A stretch of DNA of 51,501 bases, taken from contig CAZOZF010000005.1 of the NCBI GenBank assembly GCA_964584205.1, forward strand, positions 1-51,501, written 5' to 3'. The DNA comes from an uncultured Verrucomicrobiota bacterium. Its GTDB lineage: Bacteria; Verrucomicrobiota; Kiritimatiellia; CAIKKV01; CAITUY01. The translations under genes and the position numbers were made by a program. The notes under the pieces were generated by a model, which saw only the letters and a list, made by a program, of their open reading frames with translations, was not told where the DNA came from and searched no databases. This document shows, piece by piece, positions 9,825 to 20,900 of the stretch (the stretch's first letter is position 1; every line of letters starts with the position of its first letter).

Positions 9825-11531
9825 ATGCATCAAATATATCATGCTTATTTCTTATTTCTGGTTTTGTCCTGCTTTCCTGGGGGAGGTTTGATCCCTTGCG
9901 CTCATTCTCAGGAACCCGGCCCGGGATCCAAACCGTACGATCTGGTTGTCTACGGGGGCAATCCCGGCGGAATAACGGCGGCCATTGCGGCTGCCCGGGA
10001 GGGAGCTTCGGTGCTCATGATCGAACCGGGCAAACACCTTGGCGGCATGCTCAGCGGAGGACTATCGCGTACCGATATCGGGAACTCGGCGGTTGTCGGT
10101 GGGATTGCCCGGGAATATTTCACTCGTGCTGATGCGAAGTATAATGACCCCAAAAAGACGGCCAGCCCGAACTTCTGGAACACCGAACCCCATGTTGCGG
10201 AGCAACTTCTCAACGAAATGGTGCGCGAGGCCGGCGTCACGTTGGTCATGGGCAAGCAAATACAGCGAACACAGTGCGAAGGTAACCGGATTGTTGCCAT
10301 CATGACGAAGGACGGCAAGGTATACCGGGGGAAGGTCTTCATCGATGCCACCTACGAGGGCGATCTGATGGCGCAAGCCGGGGTCAAGTTCACCGTCGGG
10401 CGAGAAGGCCGCGATCAGTATGGGGAATTGCTGGCGGGCTTCTATCCCGCCCCGTTGCGGCCCCGTAGCGTGGAATACATGGCCAAGCCGCGTACGGCTT
10501 ACAGTCATGGCACGCCCTGCGAACTCCCCGCGCGCGATGCCTCGGGTAAGCTGCTGTGGGGAGTTACGGATAAGCCCTGGCCTGCCTCGGGTACCGGGGA
10601 TAAGCTGGTGCAAAGCTACAATTTCCGGGTCATTGCCACTGCCAACAAGACCAATCAGGTGCCCTTCCCGAAACCAAAAAACTACTATCCCGAGCGGTAC
10701 GAGGGCTTGCTTCAAATGGTACTCAAATATCCCGGGATCCGTTTCGAGAAAATCGTCTATATCGGAGGGGGCATCCCCAACGGAAAAAACGACTTGAATG
10801 CCGCAGGACTCATCTGGGGAACGGATTATTTCGGTGGAAACACCGATTACCCCGAGGGTGATGAGGCGACGCGGGCCCGGATTTGGCAGGACCATGTGGA
10901 TTACGTCCAGGGCTTTCTGTGGTTTCTCGGCCACGATGAGCGGGTGCCGGAGGAGTTGCGCAAACAGACCAACCGCTGGGGCCTGGCCAAGGATGAGTTC
11001 ATCGATAACGACAACTGGCCCTATGCGCTCTATATCCGGGAAGCCCGGCGCATGATTGGGGCCTATGTGATGCGCCAGCAGGACTGCCAGAAGGAGATCA
11101 CCAAGCCGGACTCCATCGGGATGGCCTCCTTCATCCTCGATTCACATGCCTTGCAGCGCCTGGTGACCCCCGAGGGTAACCTCATTGATGAAGGCAACTT
11201 TGACGTCAGCGCCCCTCCTTACCAGATTCCCTACCGGGCGATCACCCCTCGCAAGGAGCAATGCGCGAACCTGCTGGTGCCGGTTTGCCTGTCGGCCACT
11301 CACGTGGCATACGGCTCCATTCGAATGGAACCCCACTTCATGAATCTGGGGCATGCCGCCGGTCTCGCGGCCGTCGCGGCCGGGCGCGCCGGAGTCGCCG
11401 TGCAGGACATCGATGTGAAAGCACTCCAGGAGAAACTGCGCGCCACCAAACAGGTTCTTTCCCTAGATAGTCTTCCTGTCGCATCCGCCCGTTCCGTAGT
11501 TGACAAGTCGATAATGAAGGAACACCCATGA
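9825..11531 (+). CDS. Secreted FAD-dependent oxidoreductase (FAD_oxidored family)
   Basis: DLVVYGGNPGG Rossmann motif, HLGGMLSGGL, FIDATYEGDLMA, LYIREARRM, SIRMEP. Signal peptide. Confidence 0.88.
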   Translation: MHQIYHAYFLFLVLSCFPGGGLIPCAHSQEPGPGSKPYDLVVYGGNPGGITAAIAAAREGASVLMIEPGKHLGGMLSGGLSRTDIGNSAVVGGIAREYFTRADAKYNDPKKTASPNFWNTEPHVAEQLLNEMVREAGVTLVMGKQIQRTQCEGNRIVAIMTKDGKVYRGKVFIDATYEGDLMAQAGVKFTVGREGRDQYGELLAGFYPAPLRPRSVEYMAKPRTAYSHGTPCELPARDASGKLLWGVTDKPWPASGTGDKLVQSYNFRVIATANKTNQVPFPKPKNYYPERYEGLLQMVLKYPGIRFEKIVYIGGGIPNGKNDLNAAGLIWGTDYFGGNTDYPEGDEATRARIWQDHVDYVQGFLWFLGHDERVPEELRKQTNRWGLAKDEFIDNDNWPYALYIREARRMIGAYVMRQQDCQKEITKPDSIGMASFILDSHALQRLVTPEGNLIDEGNFDVSAPPYQIPYRAITPRKEQCANLLVPVCLSATHVAYGSIRMEPHFMNLGHAAGLAAVAAGRAGVAVQDIDVKALQEKLRATKQVLSLDSLPVASARSVVDKSIMKEHP

Positions 11532-13882
11532 ACAAACTGAGACTCCTGGCTTCTACGGCCTTACTGCTCACCGTGCTTGCCGGCATGGCCGGATGGGGGT
11601 TTCCGTTTACCGCCGGTGCCTTGGCTCTGTCGCCAGCCGATCGCGTCGATTGGCCGGCCTTCATGGCGAGGCATGACCTGGTGTGGGAACGCCTGCCTGA
11701 CAAGCCGCGGGATGCCCCGCATTTCGGTAACGGACTGCTGGGCTCGATGCTGATCGCGGATGTGCGAAAAAAGATCATCCGACTCCAGGTATTCCGTTCT
11801 GATGTGAGCGACCATCGCGACGACTCCTGGGGTCCGACTGCCTACAGTCGTCCGCGTTTGTTGATCGGTGAATTCCGTCTCACCACGGTCGGCGCTCTGA
11901 CCGGTTGCCGGATGCGACAGGATCTGTGGAATGCGGAACTGAACGGATTCATCACCACCGACAAGGGGCGGATCGGTATCCGCCATTTTGTTCATGCTGA
12001 GGATCTCGTCATCGCCACTGAACTGAGGCCGGATGCGGGGGAGAATGGTTGTGTCTGGAGCTGGCATCCAGCCCCGGCTGTGACCACGCGTGCCGGCCTG
12101 CCCACCACCGAGGGCGAGCGGCTGGCCTTCATCCAACGTTACGGCGAAAAATGGAAAGACATCAAATTATGGGTGCCCAACCCCGCTGGTCGGAAGGAAG
12201 AACGCCAGGGGGTATCGGTCTGGGTTCAGGATTTGCTCGTTGGCGGACAATACGCAACTGCTTGGCAGGAACGAACCGGCAACGATGGGACGCGCACCAG
12301 CATGATCTCGATAGGAAACAGTTTCCCTGAACGGACGGCCGCGGATGCGGCGGTGGCCTGCGTTGCCGCTGGCGCAGCCAGACCCGCGGTCGCGTGGCGT
12401 GAAGCGCATCAGCGCTGGTGGCACGACTATTACCGCCAGAGTTTTGTCAGTATCCCCGATACCCGGCTGGAGAGCGCCTATTGGGGCAGCGTCTATCGTT
12501 GGGCGGCCAGCGCCCGAGCCGGACGCGGTTATATGGATACCTCGGGGATCTGGTTTCAGGGTGGGGGATGGCCGTACACCACTATGAACTTCAACCTGCA
12601 ATCGTGCCTATGGGGTGTCTATGCCGCCAATCGCCTGGGCGTGGGCCAGTCGCTTGTGGAGGCGCTGCAACGCAACCAGCAGGCCCTGATCGATAACGTG
12701 GCAAACCCGGAGTGGCGCTCGGATTCGGCGTATGTTGCACGCGCCGTGGCACCGGATTTCCGTGGCAACAGCAACAGCGGTAAGCCGGGAGAGCCGGAGG
12801 TCGGCCTGCTCCCGTGGACACTCCACAACGCCTGGCTCCAGTACCGTTACAGCATGGATGAGACCCTATTGCGGGACACCGTTTACCCATTGTTACGTCG
12901 CGCGGTGAACTACTACCGCCATTTGGCAAAAGAAGGCGATGATGGCCGCATCCATTTACCGGAGACGTTCTCGCCCGAAAGCGGAGCGCATCCCGACTGC
13001 AACTTCGATCTCTCGCTCTTCCGATGGGGCATCGAGACGCTGCTGTGGAGTTCCTCACGCTTGAAGATTGAAGACCCCCTCATTCCCGTGTGGAAGGATC
13101 TGCTCGCCCGACTTGTCGCCTTCCCCGCCGATGCAAAGGGTTTCCGCTTCGGTTCAGATCGCCCCTTCGACGGCTCGCACCGGCATGCCTCGCACCTGCT
13201 CATGGTATACCCCCTGGGTATTGTCACGGTTGATCAACCCGAGTGGCGCGATGCGATCCGGGCCTCGGCGCAGAGCTACGCCGCTTGTGACAGTCGTCTA
13301 TTGGCCATGGTGGGGTTGCAGTCGGCGCCCATCGCCGCCGTTTCTGGATTTCCCGAACTGGCCTATAACCGTATCCAATGGCATAACGATGACCTCTCGC
13401 CTGCGGGCTTCGGCGATTCGAGCGGCTGGTGCATGGAAGGCGCCGTGGGTATCGCCAACAGCATACAGATGTTGATGATCCAGAGTCATGGCGACCGGAT
13501 CCGTATCTTTCCGGCGATGCCAGCCGCCTGGCAGGATGCCGTGTTCCGCGATCTACGTGCCGAGGGGGCCTTTCTCGTCAGTGCCCGCCGCGAGGGCGGG
13601 CGGACGCAGTGGGTACAGATCACCAGCCTGGCTGGCGAGCCTTGCCGGGTAGAGCCGAATCTGCCGGGGACCGTCCGTATTGCCGGGGGAAATTCCAGCG
13701 TCAAAATTACGGAGCGGGGTAGCGGCATTTATGATCTTTCTCTTGCCAAAGGGCAGACAGTGGTACTCGCAGGCGATGAAACCCCTGGCCCAATGGTCAT
13801 TGAAGCGATGCCAGCCCAGGCAGGGCGCAGCAACACATTTGGTCTGAATGCAGTAGGGGACGCCTATCGGGCTGCCAAATAG
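11528..13882 (+). CDS. GH95-like (alpha-L-fucosidase/galactosidase-type) glycoside hydrolase
   Basis: FGNGLLG, NFNLQ, FSPE, HRHASHLLMVYP, MIQSH..IRIFPAMP, LRAEGAFLVSA. ATGA overlap with the upstream gene. Confidence 0.8.
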   Translation: MNKLRLLASTALLLTVLAGMAGWGFPFTAGALALSPADRVDWPAFMARHDLVWERLPDKPRDAPHFGNGLLGSMLIADVRKKIIRLQVFRSDVSDHRDDSWGPTAYSRPRLLIGEFRLTTVGALTGCRMRQDLWNAELNGFITTDKGRIGIRHFVHAEDLVIATELRPDAGENGCVWSWHPAPAVTTRAGLPTTEGERLAFIQRYGEKWKDIKLWVPNPAGRKEERQGVSVWVQDLLVGGQYATAWQERTGNDGTRTSMISIGNSFPERTAADAAVACVAAGAARPAVAWREAHQRWWHDYYRQSFVSIPDTRLESAYWGSVYRWAASARAGRGYMDTSGIWFQGGGWPYTTMNFNLQSCLWGVYAANRLGVGQSLVEALQRNQQALIDNVANPEWRSDSAYVARAVAPDFRGNSNSGKPGEPEVGLLPWTLHNAWLQYRYSMDETLLRDTVYPLLRRAVNYYRHLAKEGDDGRIHLPETFSPESGAHPDCNFDLSLFRWGIETLLWSSSRLKIEDPLIPVWKDLLARLVAFPADAKGFRFGSDRPFDGSHRHASHLLMVYPLGIVTVDQPEWRDAIRASAQSYAACDSRLLAMVGLQSAPIAAVSGFPELAYNRIQWHNDDLSPAGFGDSSGWCMEGAVGIANSIQMLMIQSHGDRIRIFPAMPAAWQDAVFRDLRAEGAFLVSARREGGRTQWVQITSLAGEPCRVEPNLPGTVRIAGGNSSVKITERGSGIYDLSLAKGQTVVLAGDETPGPMVIEAMPAQAGRSNTFGLNAVGDAYRAAK

Positions 13883-13942
13883 GTTCTTTCCCTCAATAGT
13901 CTTCCAGCCGCGTCCGTGCCTGCCCGGTCCGTAGATGAAAAA
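13868..13942 (+). repeat. Degenerate direct repeat of the 3' end of the FAD oxidoreductase gene (11439-11507)
   Basis: Translates RAAK*VLSLNSLPAASVPARSVDEK versus RATKQVLSLDSLPVAS--ARSVVDK. Confidence 0.8.
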
Positions 13943-14197
13943 ACTGTTGTACTATCGCCGACCCCTCACAGAAGCTGAAAGAAGAGTGCGTTTCCCTCGA
14001 TGGCCAATCCGTCATCATTCCTCTGCCGCAAGGTTTTGATGCCGGCAGCAGTGTGAACTGGCCGATCCAGAGTTTCGGGAAATGAGGCCCAGTTCTGCGG
14101 TCTCCGGCCGGATGATTATCCACCCATTTGGGTGGTTGCCATATTAAAATTTATTCGGTATGGTTTCGGAAAGGTAATGCCAAAATTGGTGCTATTT

Positions 14198-15556
14198 ATG
14201 AAAATGATCTATTCGCTGGTGTTCTGTTCGTTGTTATTGCCTGACTTGTCCGGGTTGGGTGCGGCTGAGCCGGTTCGTCCGAACGTGCTGGTAATGGTTG
14301 CCGATGACCTCGGGTATGGCGATGTGAGCTGCCTGTCGCATGGCGTCGTGCAGACTCCCAACATCGATCGCCTCGCCACGATGGGCATCAAGTTCACCGC
14401 CGGGCATGTGACGGCGCCCTTGTGTGCCCCGTCACGCGCCGGGTTCTTTACGGGGCGCTATCAGCAGCGTTTTGCCTTCCTGAACAATGAAGGGACCATT
14501 CCCACCGATATCCCGCTACTCCCGGGTGTGCTGAGGGAGGCGGGTTACTATACCGGGCTCATGGGAAAATGGCATAGCGAGGGGCCGATGCCCTTCGAGC
14601 GCGGCTGCTTTGACGAGACACTGACTCCCCCGAAGTCCAGTCCCTGGGTCGACTATTTCAACCCGCCTATGGCCAGGAACGGCAAGGCTGAGAGAATGAA
14701 GGGCTATAGCACGGACCTCCTGGCGCAGGAGGCCGAAAAGTTTATCGAGAAGAACAAGGGCAAGCCATTCTCATTAACCGTGACCTTCAACGCGCCGCAC
14801 ATCGGCCCGATCAAGGTGCCTGCCGGTAAGATCCGCGATGCCTACGATGCCGCCCGGGCCGCCGGCAAGGTTTATGATGTGCCGAAGACGCGCACCGCCC
14901 GTCCCGGTGAGGCGGCCAAGTACGCATCCCAGTTCCCCGGCGACACGGCGCGGGCCGACACGGTGGCCACGATTGCCGCCCTTGACCAGGCCGTAGGGCG
15001 GATCCTCGATAAGCTCCAGCAGGCCGGGGTGGCGAGCAACACCGTGGTGTTCCTCTTTGCCGACAACGGCGGGCATCCGGAAAACCGCTCCGAGAACGGC
15101 GTCTTGCGGGACTACAAGTGGAGCCATTACGAAGGAGGAATTCGCGTGCCCTTCCTGGCCACCTACCCTGGCGTATTCCCGGCGGGCGTGGAATATGCCA
15201 AGCCGGTCAGCACATTGGATATTTACCCCACCGTGATGGCCCTGACAGGCGTGAAACCGCCGGCAGGATTGGATGGCGTGAACCTCGTCCCGTATCTGAA
15301 GGGTGAGCAGACCGGCTCGCCACATCAGTCGCTGTTCTTCTTGACGGGCGACAAGGGGGCGGTCGTCCAGGATCAATGGAAGCTGGTGGTATTTCCCCGC
15401 GCCGCCGCAGAGTTGTACGATGTGGATAAGGATCTGGGGGAGAAGACCAATCTGGCGGCGACGGAACCCAGCCGGGTGCAGGCGATGTTAGCGCAATGGA
15501 AAGCATGGAAAGCCCGGACATCAATTAAAACAACAGGAACGGAACCCAAGTTATGA
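14198..15556 (+). CDS. Secreted Cys-type S1 sulfatase (paralogue of 26933-28261)
   Basis: RPNVLVMVADDLGYGD, CAPSR, GKWH, NAPH, ADNGG, YEGGIRVP. Start chosen from the tggtgctatt(t)ATGAAA context shared with the paralogue. Confidence 0.92.
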   Translation: MKMIYSLVFCSLLLPDLSGLGAAEPVRPNVLVMVADDLGYGDVSCLSHGVVQTPNIDRLATMGIKFTAGHVTAPLCAPSRAGFFTGRYQQRFAFLNNEGTIPTDIPLLPGVLREAGYYTGLMGKWHSEGPMPFERGCFDETLTPPKSSPWVDYFNPPMARNGKAERMKGYSTDLLAQEAEKFIEKNKGKPFSLTVTFNAPHIGPIKVPAGKIRDAYDAARAAGKVYDVPKTRTARPGEAAKYASQFPGDTARADTVATIAALDQAVGRILDKLQQAGVASNTVVFLFADNGGHPENRSENGVLRDYKWSHYEGGIRVPFLATYPGVFPAGVEYAKPVSTLDIYPTVMALTGVKPPAGLDGVNLVPYLKGEQTGSPHQSLFFLTGDKGAVVQDQWKLVVFPRAAAELYDVDKDLGEKTNLAATEPSRVQAMLAQWKAWKARTSIKTTGTEPKL

Positions 15557-17928
15557 AAATGAACAGTTTGATCACATTCATTGCTGGTGCCTGCGTGTGC
15601 GCCCAGGCCGCTACCATTACCGTGGATGTGGCTAAGCCGGGAGTGAAAGTCAGCCCGTTGTTGTACGGCATCTTCTTCGAGGAGATCAATCGGGCGGGGG
15701 ATGGAGGCATCTACGCTGAGATGCTCCAGAACCGGTCATTCGAGGATGCCCCCGTGCCGCTCGGTTGGACTATTGTGAAGGGCGACGGCAGGATGACGCT
15801 CGATAAATCGCAACCGCTCAATGCGAACAACCCGACCAGCCTCCGGCTCGACGGTAAGGTCAGCGTCGCCAACAACGGCTTCAAGGGTGCTCCGTACAAA
15901 TATGAGGAGGAGCCTGGCAAATGGATGCCTGCCTTTGAGAAGGGAGCGAAGGAAATGCCCAACGGGGTGGCCGTTCAAAAGGGCAAGGACTATCAGCTTT
16001 CGCTTTATGCCCGCGGTCAGGGGCCGGTGACGGTTACCCTCGAGAAACAGGATGGTACGGCGCTGGCTTCGCACGAAGTCGGTGGCATCGGGACGGAGTG
16101 GAAGAAATTCGATGTTACCTTGACACCCGGCGCGACAGAGCCGAATGCCCGGCTCGTAATTACGTCTACAGGAACCGTGTGGCTCGACATGGTGTCGCTG
16201 ATGCCGAAGGGCGAAATCTTCCGAGCTGACCTGCTCAAGATGCTGGCCGACATGAAGCCGGCGTTCCTACGGTTTCCCGGTGGTTGCTGGGTCGAGGGCG
16301 AACAGATGCGTTTTGCGTACCGTTGGAAGAAAACGATAGGAGATGTCGCCGAGCGGCCCGGACTCTGGAACCGGTGGGGCTACTACTCCACAGACGGATT
16401 GGGGATGTACGAATACTTGCTGCTGTGCGAAGCGCTCAAGGCCGAGCCGCTGTTTGTGATCAACTGCGGCATGTCGCACAAGGAGGTTGTTCCGCTGGAC
16501 AAGATGGACGAGTACATCCAGGACGCGCTCGATGCCATTGAGTACTGCAATGGCCCTGTTGATTCGAAGTGGGGTGCGCTCCGCGCGAAAGCCGGCCATC
16601 CGGCACCGTTTAATCTGAAATACATGGAAATCGGGAATGAAAACGGCGGCCAGGCGTACCAGGATCGCTACCCGCTGTTCCACGACGCGATCAAGAAACG
16701 GTATCCCGACATGCATCTGATCCTGGACTATGTTCCCTGCAAGACCCGCTCCTCTGAAATCGTGGATGAGCATTACTATAACTCCCCGGAATTCTTCATG
16801 CGCAATGCCGACCGGTACGACAAGTACGACCGCGCCGCGCATAAGGTGTATATCGGCGAATATGCCGTCACCCATGGCTCGGGTCTGGGCAATCTGCGCG
16901 GGGCGATTGGCGAGGCCGCCTTCATGACCGGCATGGAACGCAACGGCGACGTCGTTGTCATGGGCAGCTACGCGCCCTTGTTCGAGCATGTCGGCTGGAA
17001 GCACTGGAACCCGAATGCCATCCTGTTCGATGCCGCGCGCAGTTACGCCACGCCCTCCTGGCACGTTCAGACCCTGTTCGGACGCAACCGCGCGGAGGTG
17101 GTCCTGCCGACGACCGTTTCCGCACCGGGGATGGACTCCACCGAAACACGCGGTGGTTTCGTCGGAGTCGGAGCCTGGAACACGCAGGTCGAGTACAAGG
17201 ATATCAAGGTCACGCAGGGCGACAAGGTGCTGCTCCAGGGGCGGAAAGGCTGGTCGTTTGAAAGCGGCAACTGGGCATGGGACGGCGATGTCCTCCGCCA
17301 GAGCGGCAAGGGCGAGGACTTGCGCGCCTATGCGGGCCGGAAAGATTGGAAGGATTACACGATCACACTCAAGGCCCGCAAGCTTGGTGGAGCCGAAGGT
17401 TTCCTTGTCATCTTTGCTGCCCCGGACAAGCGGGGTAAATCCTGGTGGAATATCGGGGGGTGGGGCAATTCGGCGCACAGCCTGGAGATCCGCGATGTGG
17501 AACACGAGCGTGTTCCCGGCCGCATCGAGACCGGACGCTGGTACGATCTCAAGGTTGAACTCGAGGGGCAGGCGATCCGTTGCTACCTCGACGGTAAGCT
17601 GGTCCACGAAGTCACCGCGCAGGGAGTCAAGTCCATGTACGCGGTCGCCGGTCGCGCCGGGAACGATGTCATTCTCAAGGTTGTCAATGCCGCCGGAGTG
17701 CCGGCGGAGACGACGATTAACCTGCAGGGGGGCGCGAAACTTGACGCCACGGCTGCGGCGACGGTGCTCACGAGTGCCAGCGGCGACGATGAGAACAGCT
17801 TCGACGAGCCGGTGAAGGTCGCGCCGAAGGATATGACCATCCCGGGCATCGCCCCGAGTTTTCATCATACCTTCCCGGCGCATTCGGTGACGGTGCTGCG
17901 CGTGAAGACTGGCGAGCCGGGCCGTTAG
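15553..17928 (+). CDS. abfA: GH51 alpha-L-arabinofuranosidase with inserted beta-sandwich domain
   Basis: YGIFFEEIN..GDGG.YAE, FLRFPGGC, EIGNEN (acid/base), DEHYY, IGEYA (nucleophile), SYAPL. Confidence 0.92.
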   Translation: MKMNSLITFIAGACVCAQAATITVDVAKPGVKVSPLLYGIFFEEINRAGDGGIYAEMLQNRSFEDAPVPLGWTIVKGDGRMTLDKSQPLNANNPTSLRLDGKVSVANNGFKGAPYKYEEEPGKWMPAFEKGAKEMPNGVAVQKGKDYQLSLYARGQGPVTVTLEKQDGTALASHEVGGIGTEWKKFDVTLTPGATEPNARLVITSTGTVWLDMVSLMPKGEIFRADLLKMLADMKPAFLRFPGGCWVEGEQMRFAYRWKKTIGDVAERPGLWNRWGYYSTDGLGMYEYLLLCEALKAEPLFVINCGMSHKEVVPLDKMDEYIQDALDAIEYCNGPVDSKWGALRAKAGHPAPFNLKYMEIGNENGGQAYQDRYPLFHDAIKKRYPDMHLILDYVPCKTRSSEIVDEHYYNSPEFFMRNADRYDKYDRAAHKVYIGEYAVTHGSGLGNLRGAIGEAAFMTGMERNGDVVVMGSYAPLFEHVGWKHWNPNAILFDAARSYATPSWHVQTLFGRNRAEVVLPTTVSAPGMDSTETRGGFVGVGAWNTQVEYKDIKVTQGDKVLLQGRKGWSFESGNWAWDGDVLRQSGKGEDLRAYAGRKDWKDYTITLKARKLGGAEGFLVIFAAPDKRGKSWWNIGGWGNSAHSLEIRDVEHERVPGRIETGRWYDLKVELEGQAIRCYLDGKLVHEVTAQGVKSMYAVAGRAGNDVILKVVNAAGVPAETTINLQGGAKLDATAAATVLTSASGDDENSFDEPVKVAPKDMTIPGIAPSFHHTFPAHSVTVLRVKTGEPGR

Positions 17929-17990
17929 AAAACGGTCTGGGAGAACCTGGGCGGAAGCGAAGCAACGAAACGGCGACGAAGGGTGCCTGA

Positions 17991-20900
17991 ATGTTTTTTC
18001 GCAGTTCACGAAAGAATGGCCAATGTTTCGATACTGCCCGCACGCCTTTTTTGATGGCGGGAATGATTCTTTTGGCTCATGCCGGTGTGGCGATGGACAA
18101 GGAGATTTCGTTGGTAACCCGGCAGCCGATTGGCGAACTGGCCGTTGCGGGACGCCTTTCGGTTGATCTTCATGCCGAATTCATGGTCTCCCGCAGCTAC
18201 GGGACGGAAACGGTCCTCAACTGGTACAACTGCGGGTATTCCGGCGGAGGCGGCAAGGATGGCAAAGTCACAACGGTGGGCGGGGATTTTGGGGACTTCG
18301 GGTTCCAGGTGCCTTATGCCGACCGGGAGAGGCGATATCCTCGTGCTGTGACCATCGACAACGTCCGTGCCGTGCATTTTGACGGCAACAATTTCCTGAA
18401 GGGAAATTTCCCTGCCGAAAGCAAGATAGCAGGAGCGCAGGGGCTGGCGCTTGAGGTCTGGTTCCGCTCCGGGACTCCGGCGAAGGGAGATGTGGTTCTC
18501 GGATGGCAGTCGAGGGACGGCAAGGAAACCTCGGCGTCGCTGGCTTTTCCCGTTGGGTTCACGGGATCCGGCATGTGGCGGCATTTTCTGGTAAATTGCA
18601 CTCCCGAGACGGAGGACTGGTACCTGGATGGGATGAAAATCTCCAGCGGGAAACGCAGCTTACTCATCAGGGAAGGGCATATCATGGTGCTGGGCGGGGC
18701 ATCGGCCTCGCAACCCTCCTTCAAGGGGGAGCTCGTGGCGGTCAGGCTCCATGATGAGACGATGACGGGTGAGGAGATCGCGCATAACTTTGCAGGCGGG
18801 GTGATGCTGGGGACCGCGATGCAGAACTGGTGGAGGACCGAACCGGATAAATGGTATGTGGTTGAATCCGAGCATTTCCGTCACGCGGTGGACAGGGAGG
18901 ATATGAAGAAGTGGGATGCGCGGGGGCTCAAGGAGTTCACCGAACGCGTTCCCGGAATGTTCAGGATGGCAGAGCTCATTTATCATATCTATTCCGAGCG
19001 TCTGGCCATGCGGTCATCAGTGGTGAGCCGGATGCCGGAGCACCGGGGTGATGGCATCAAATATAAGACGCCAATTCAACCTACTCCGGGGAACAGCGTG
19101 ATGGGGTGCGATGACGATTTCGGCTGGGCGTGCCAGTTCGCGGGGTTCATCAACCCCCATGAGCTTGTTCATGGTTGGGATGCACAGACGGGGGGCATGG
19201 CCGGCAACTACTGGGAGGTTCATGCCAATTTTCCGCAGACGTTTGCAGGAATCTATCAGCAGACGCCGGTCAGCACGGTATGGACGTCCCATCTCTTTCC
19301 GGCGAATGGGCGCACCTATTATGGTGACCAGTCCCTGTTTCAGCATTTGGCCCAGACCCCTGAATACGGCCCGATGTTCATCGCCAAACTTTGGTATGAT
19401 GGCCCAACGAAAAAGGGTGAGAACCCGTATCCATGGATTACGTTCAATCGGGTCAACCCGTATCCGGGCCGAACCCTGGCTGTGGAGCATGCCAGGATGG
19501 CGATGCGCAATGTTACGTGGGATTATGTGACCTACGCGGAGGCAAGGGACGGACTCGGTGGCAACACGCCCTTTGGGAATGACGGGGTTGTCAGCGGGGA
19601 AAACATCTTCCGTAGGGAATGGAACCAGCCGAATGACCGGAATAATCGGCATGGCCGCGCCATTCTTGAAAAGATTCCGTATGCGTCGGAGTGGTGGCGC
19701 GTACCGAAGTCCCAGGCGCCCCAGCAGTTGGGCTACAACATCTGCCCGCTGAAATTCAAGCCGGGCAGGGTGTCGGCCACACTGGCAGGCTATGTGGATG
19801 AGAATCGCGGTGGTGACTGGCGGGCTGGATTCGTCGGTGTTGATCGCGACGGCAAGCCAGTCTATGGGAATGTCTTCGCCCCCGGGACTGTGCAGGACTT
19901 TGACGTGACGGATGCCATCCGGGAGCTCTATCTGGTGGTCAGCGCCGTGCCCAGGAAGATAGTGGATATTGACATGTGTGGGGATTTCCGCTCATTCGCG
20001 CAGGAACCTTTCCCCTACAAGGTGAAACTGCAAGGCTGCGAGCCGCTGGATGTGCTTGTGCCTGAAAGACCGGATGTCCCCGGCAAAAGGCATGTTAATG
20101 GAGGCGGGTTCGTTGCAGCTTCCGCCAAGGTTGATGCGACGGCCTACGTCGGGCCCAAGGCCCAGGTACTCGGAAATGCCGTCGTTACCGGCAAAGCGAG
20201 GATCGAGGACTTCGCAGTTGTGAGAGATAACGCCAGGGTTTCGGATAGTGCCATTGTATCAGGCCATGCGCTGGTAATGGAAAGTGCGACGGTTTCCGGG
20301 AACGCAAAAATCCGCGATTATGCCAAGGTTAAGAACCGTACGGCCGTGTCAGGAATGGCGAGGGTGCTCGAGCATGCGACGATTGACACCGATAAGGCTT
20401 GTACTGACTGGGTGACCGTCAAAGGGAGTCCCTATGTCTACGGCGGGCGCCTGAGCGGGACCACGATGATCGACGGGTTTTATGCCAAGGGGCAGGACAA
20501 CGCGAAAGGAAAGTGGTTCACCTGGAGCTGGGGTAGTGGGAAGAATCCGGGTGAAAGTGATGAGGATTTCGGCGGGCTTTATGCCGCCTATGACTTTGAT
20601 AGCCCGCATGGGTGGATGGCCATTGACTCCTTTGGCGCCACCTGGGGCTATCTGGTCAATGGCGCCAAGGTCGAGATCATAAAGGGACGGAAAGGTGAAG
20701 TTCCTGTGGAGATAGGGGTGTTGTCCCTGAATGGCAGGGACCAATTTGTCGAATTGCCGAAGGATGTCGCCGACCTGCGAGACGCCACGATCAAGGCCCG
20801 CGTGTTATGGCAGGGTGGGGCGAATGAGCGGATCTTTGAGTTCTCGAATGATCGGAGGGATTTGGCCTATCTCACGCCATCCGCCAACCGGCGATGCGAG

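Noticed and set aside
16267-18009. Long antisense ORFs (580 aa here; also 31834-33432, 35366-36685, 37029-38075, 44535-46076)
   Set aside because: They shadow well-supported + strand genes, show no motifs, and are expected from GC-rich codon bias.
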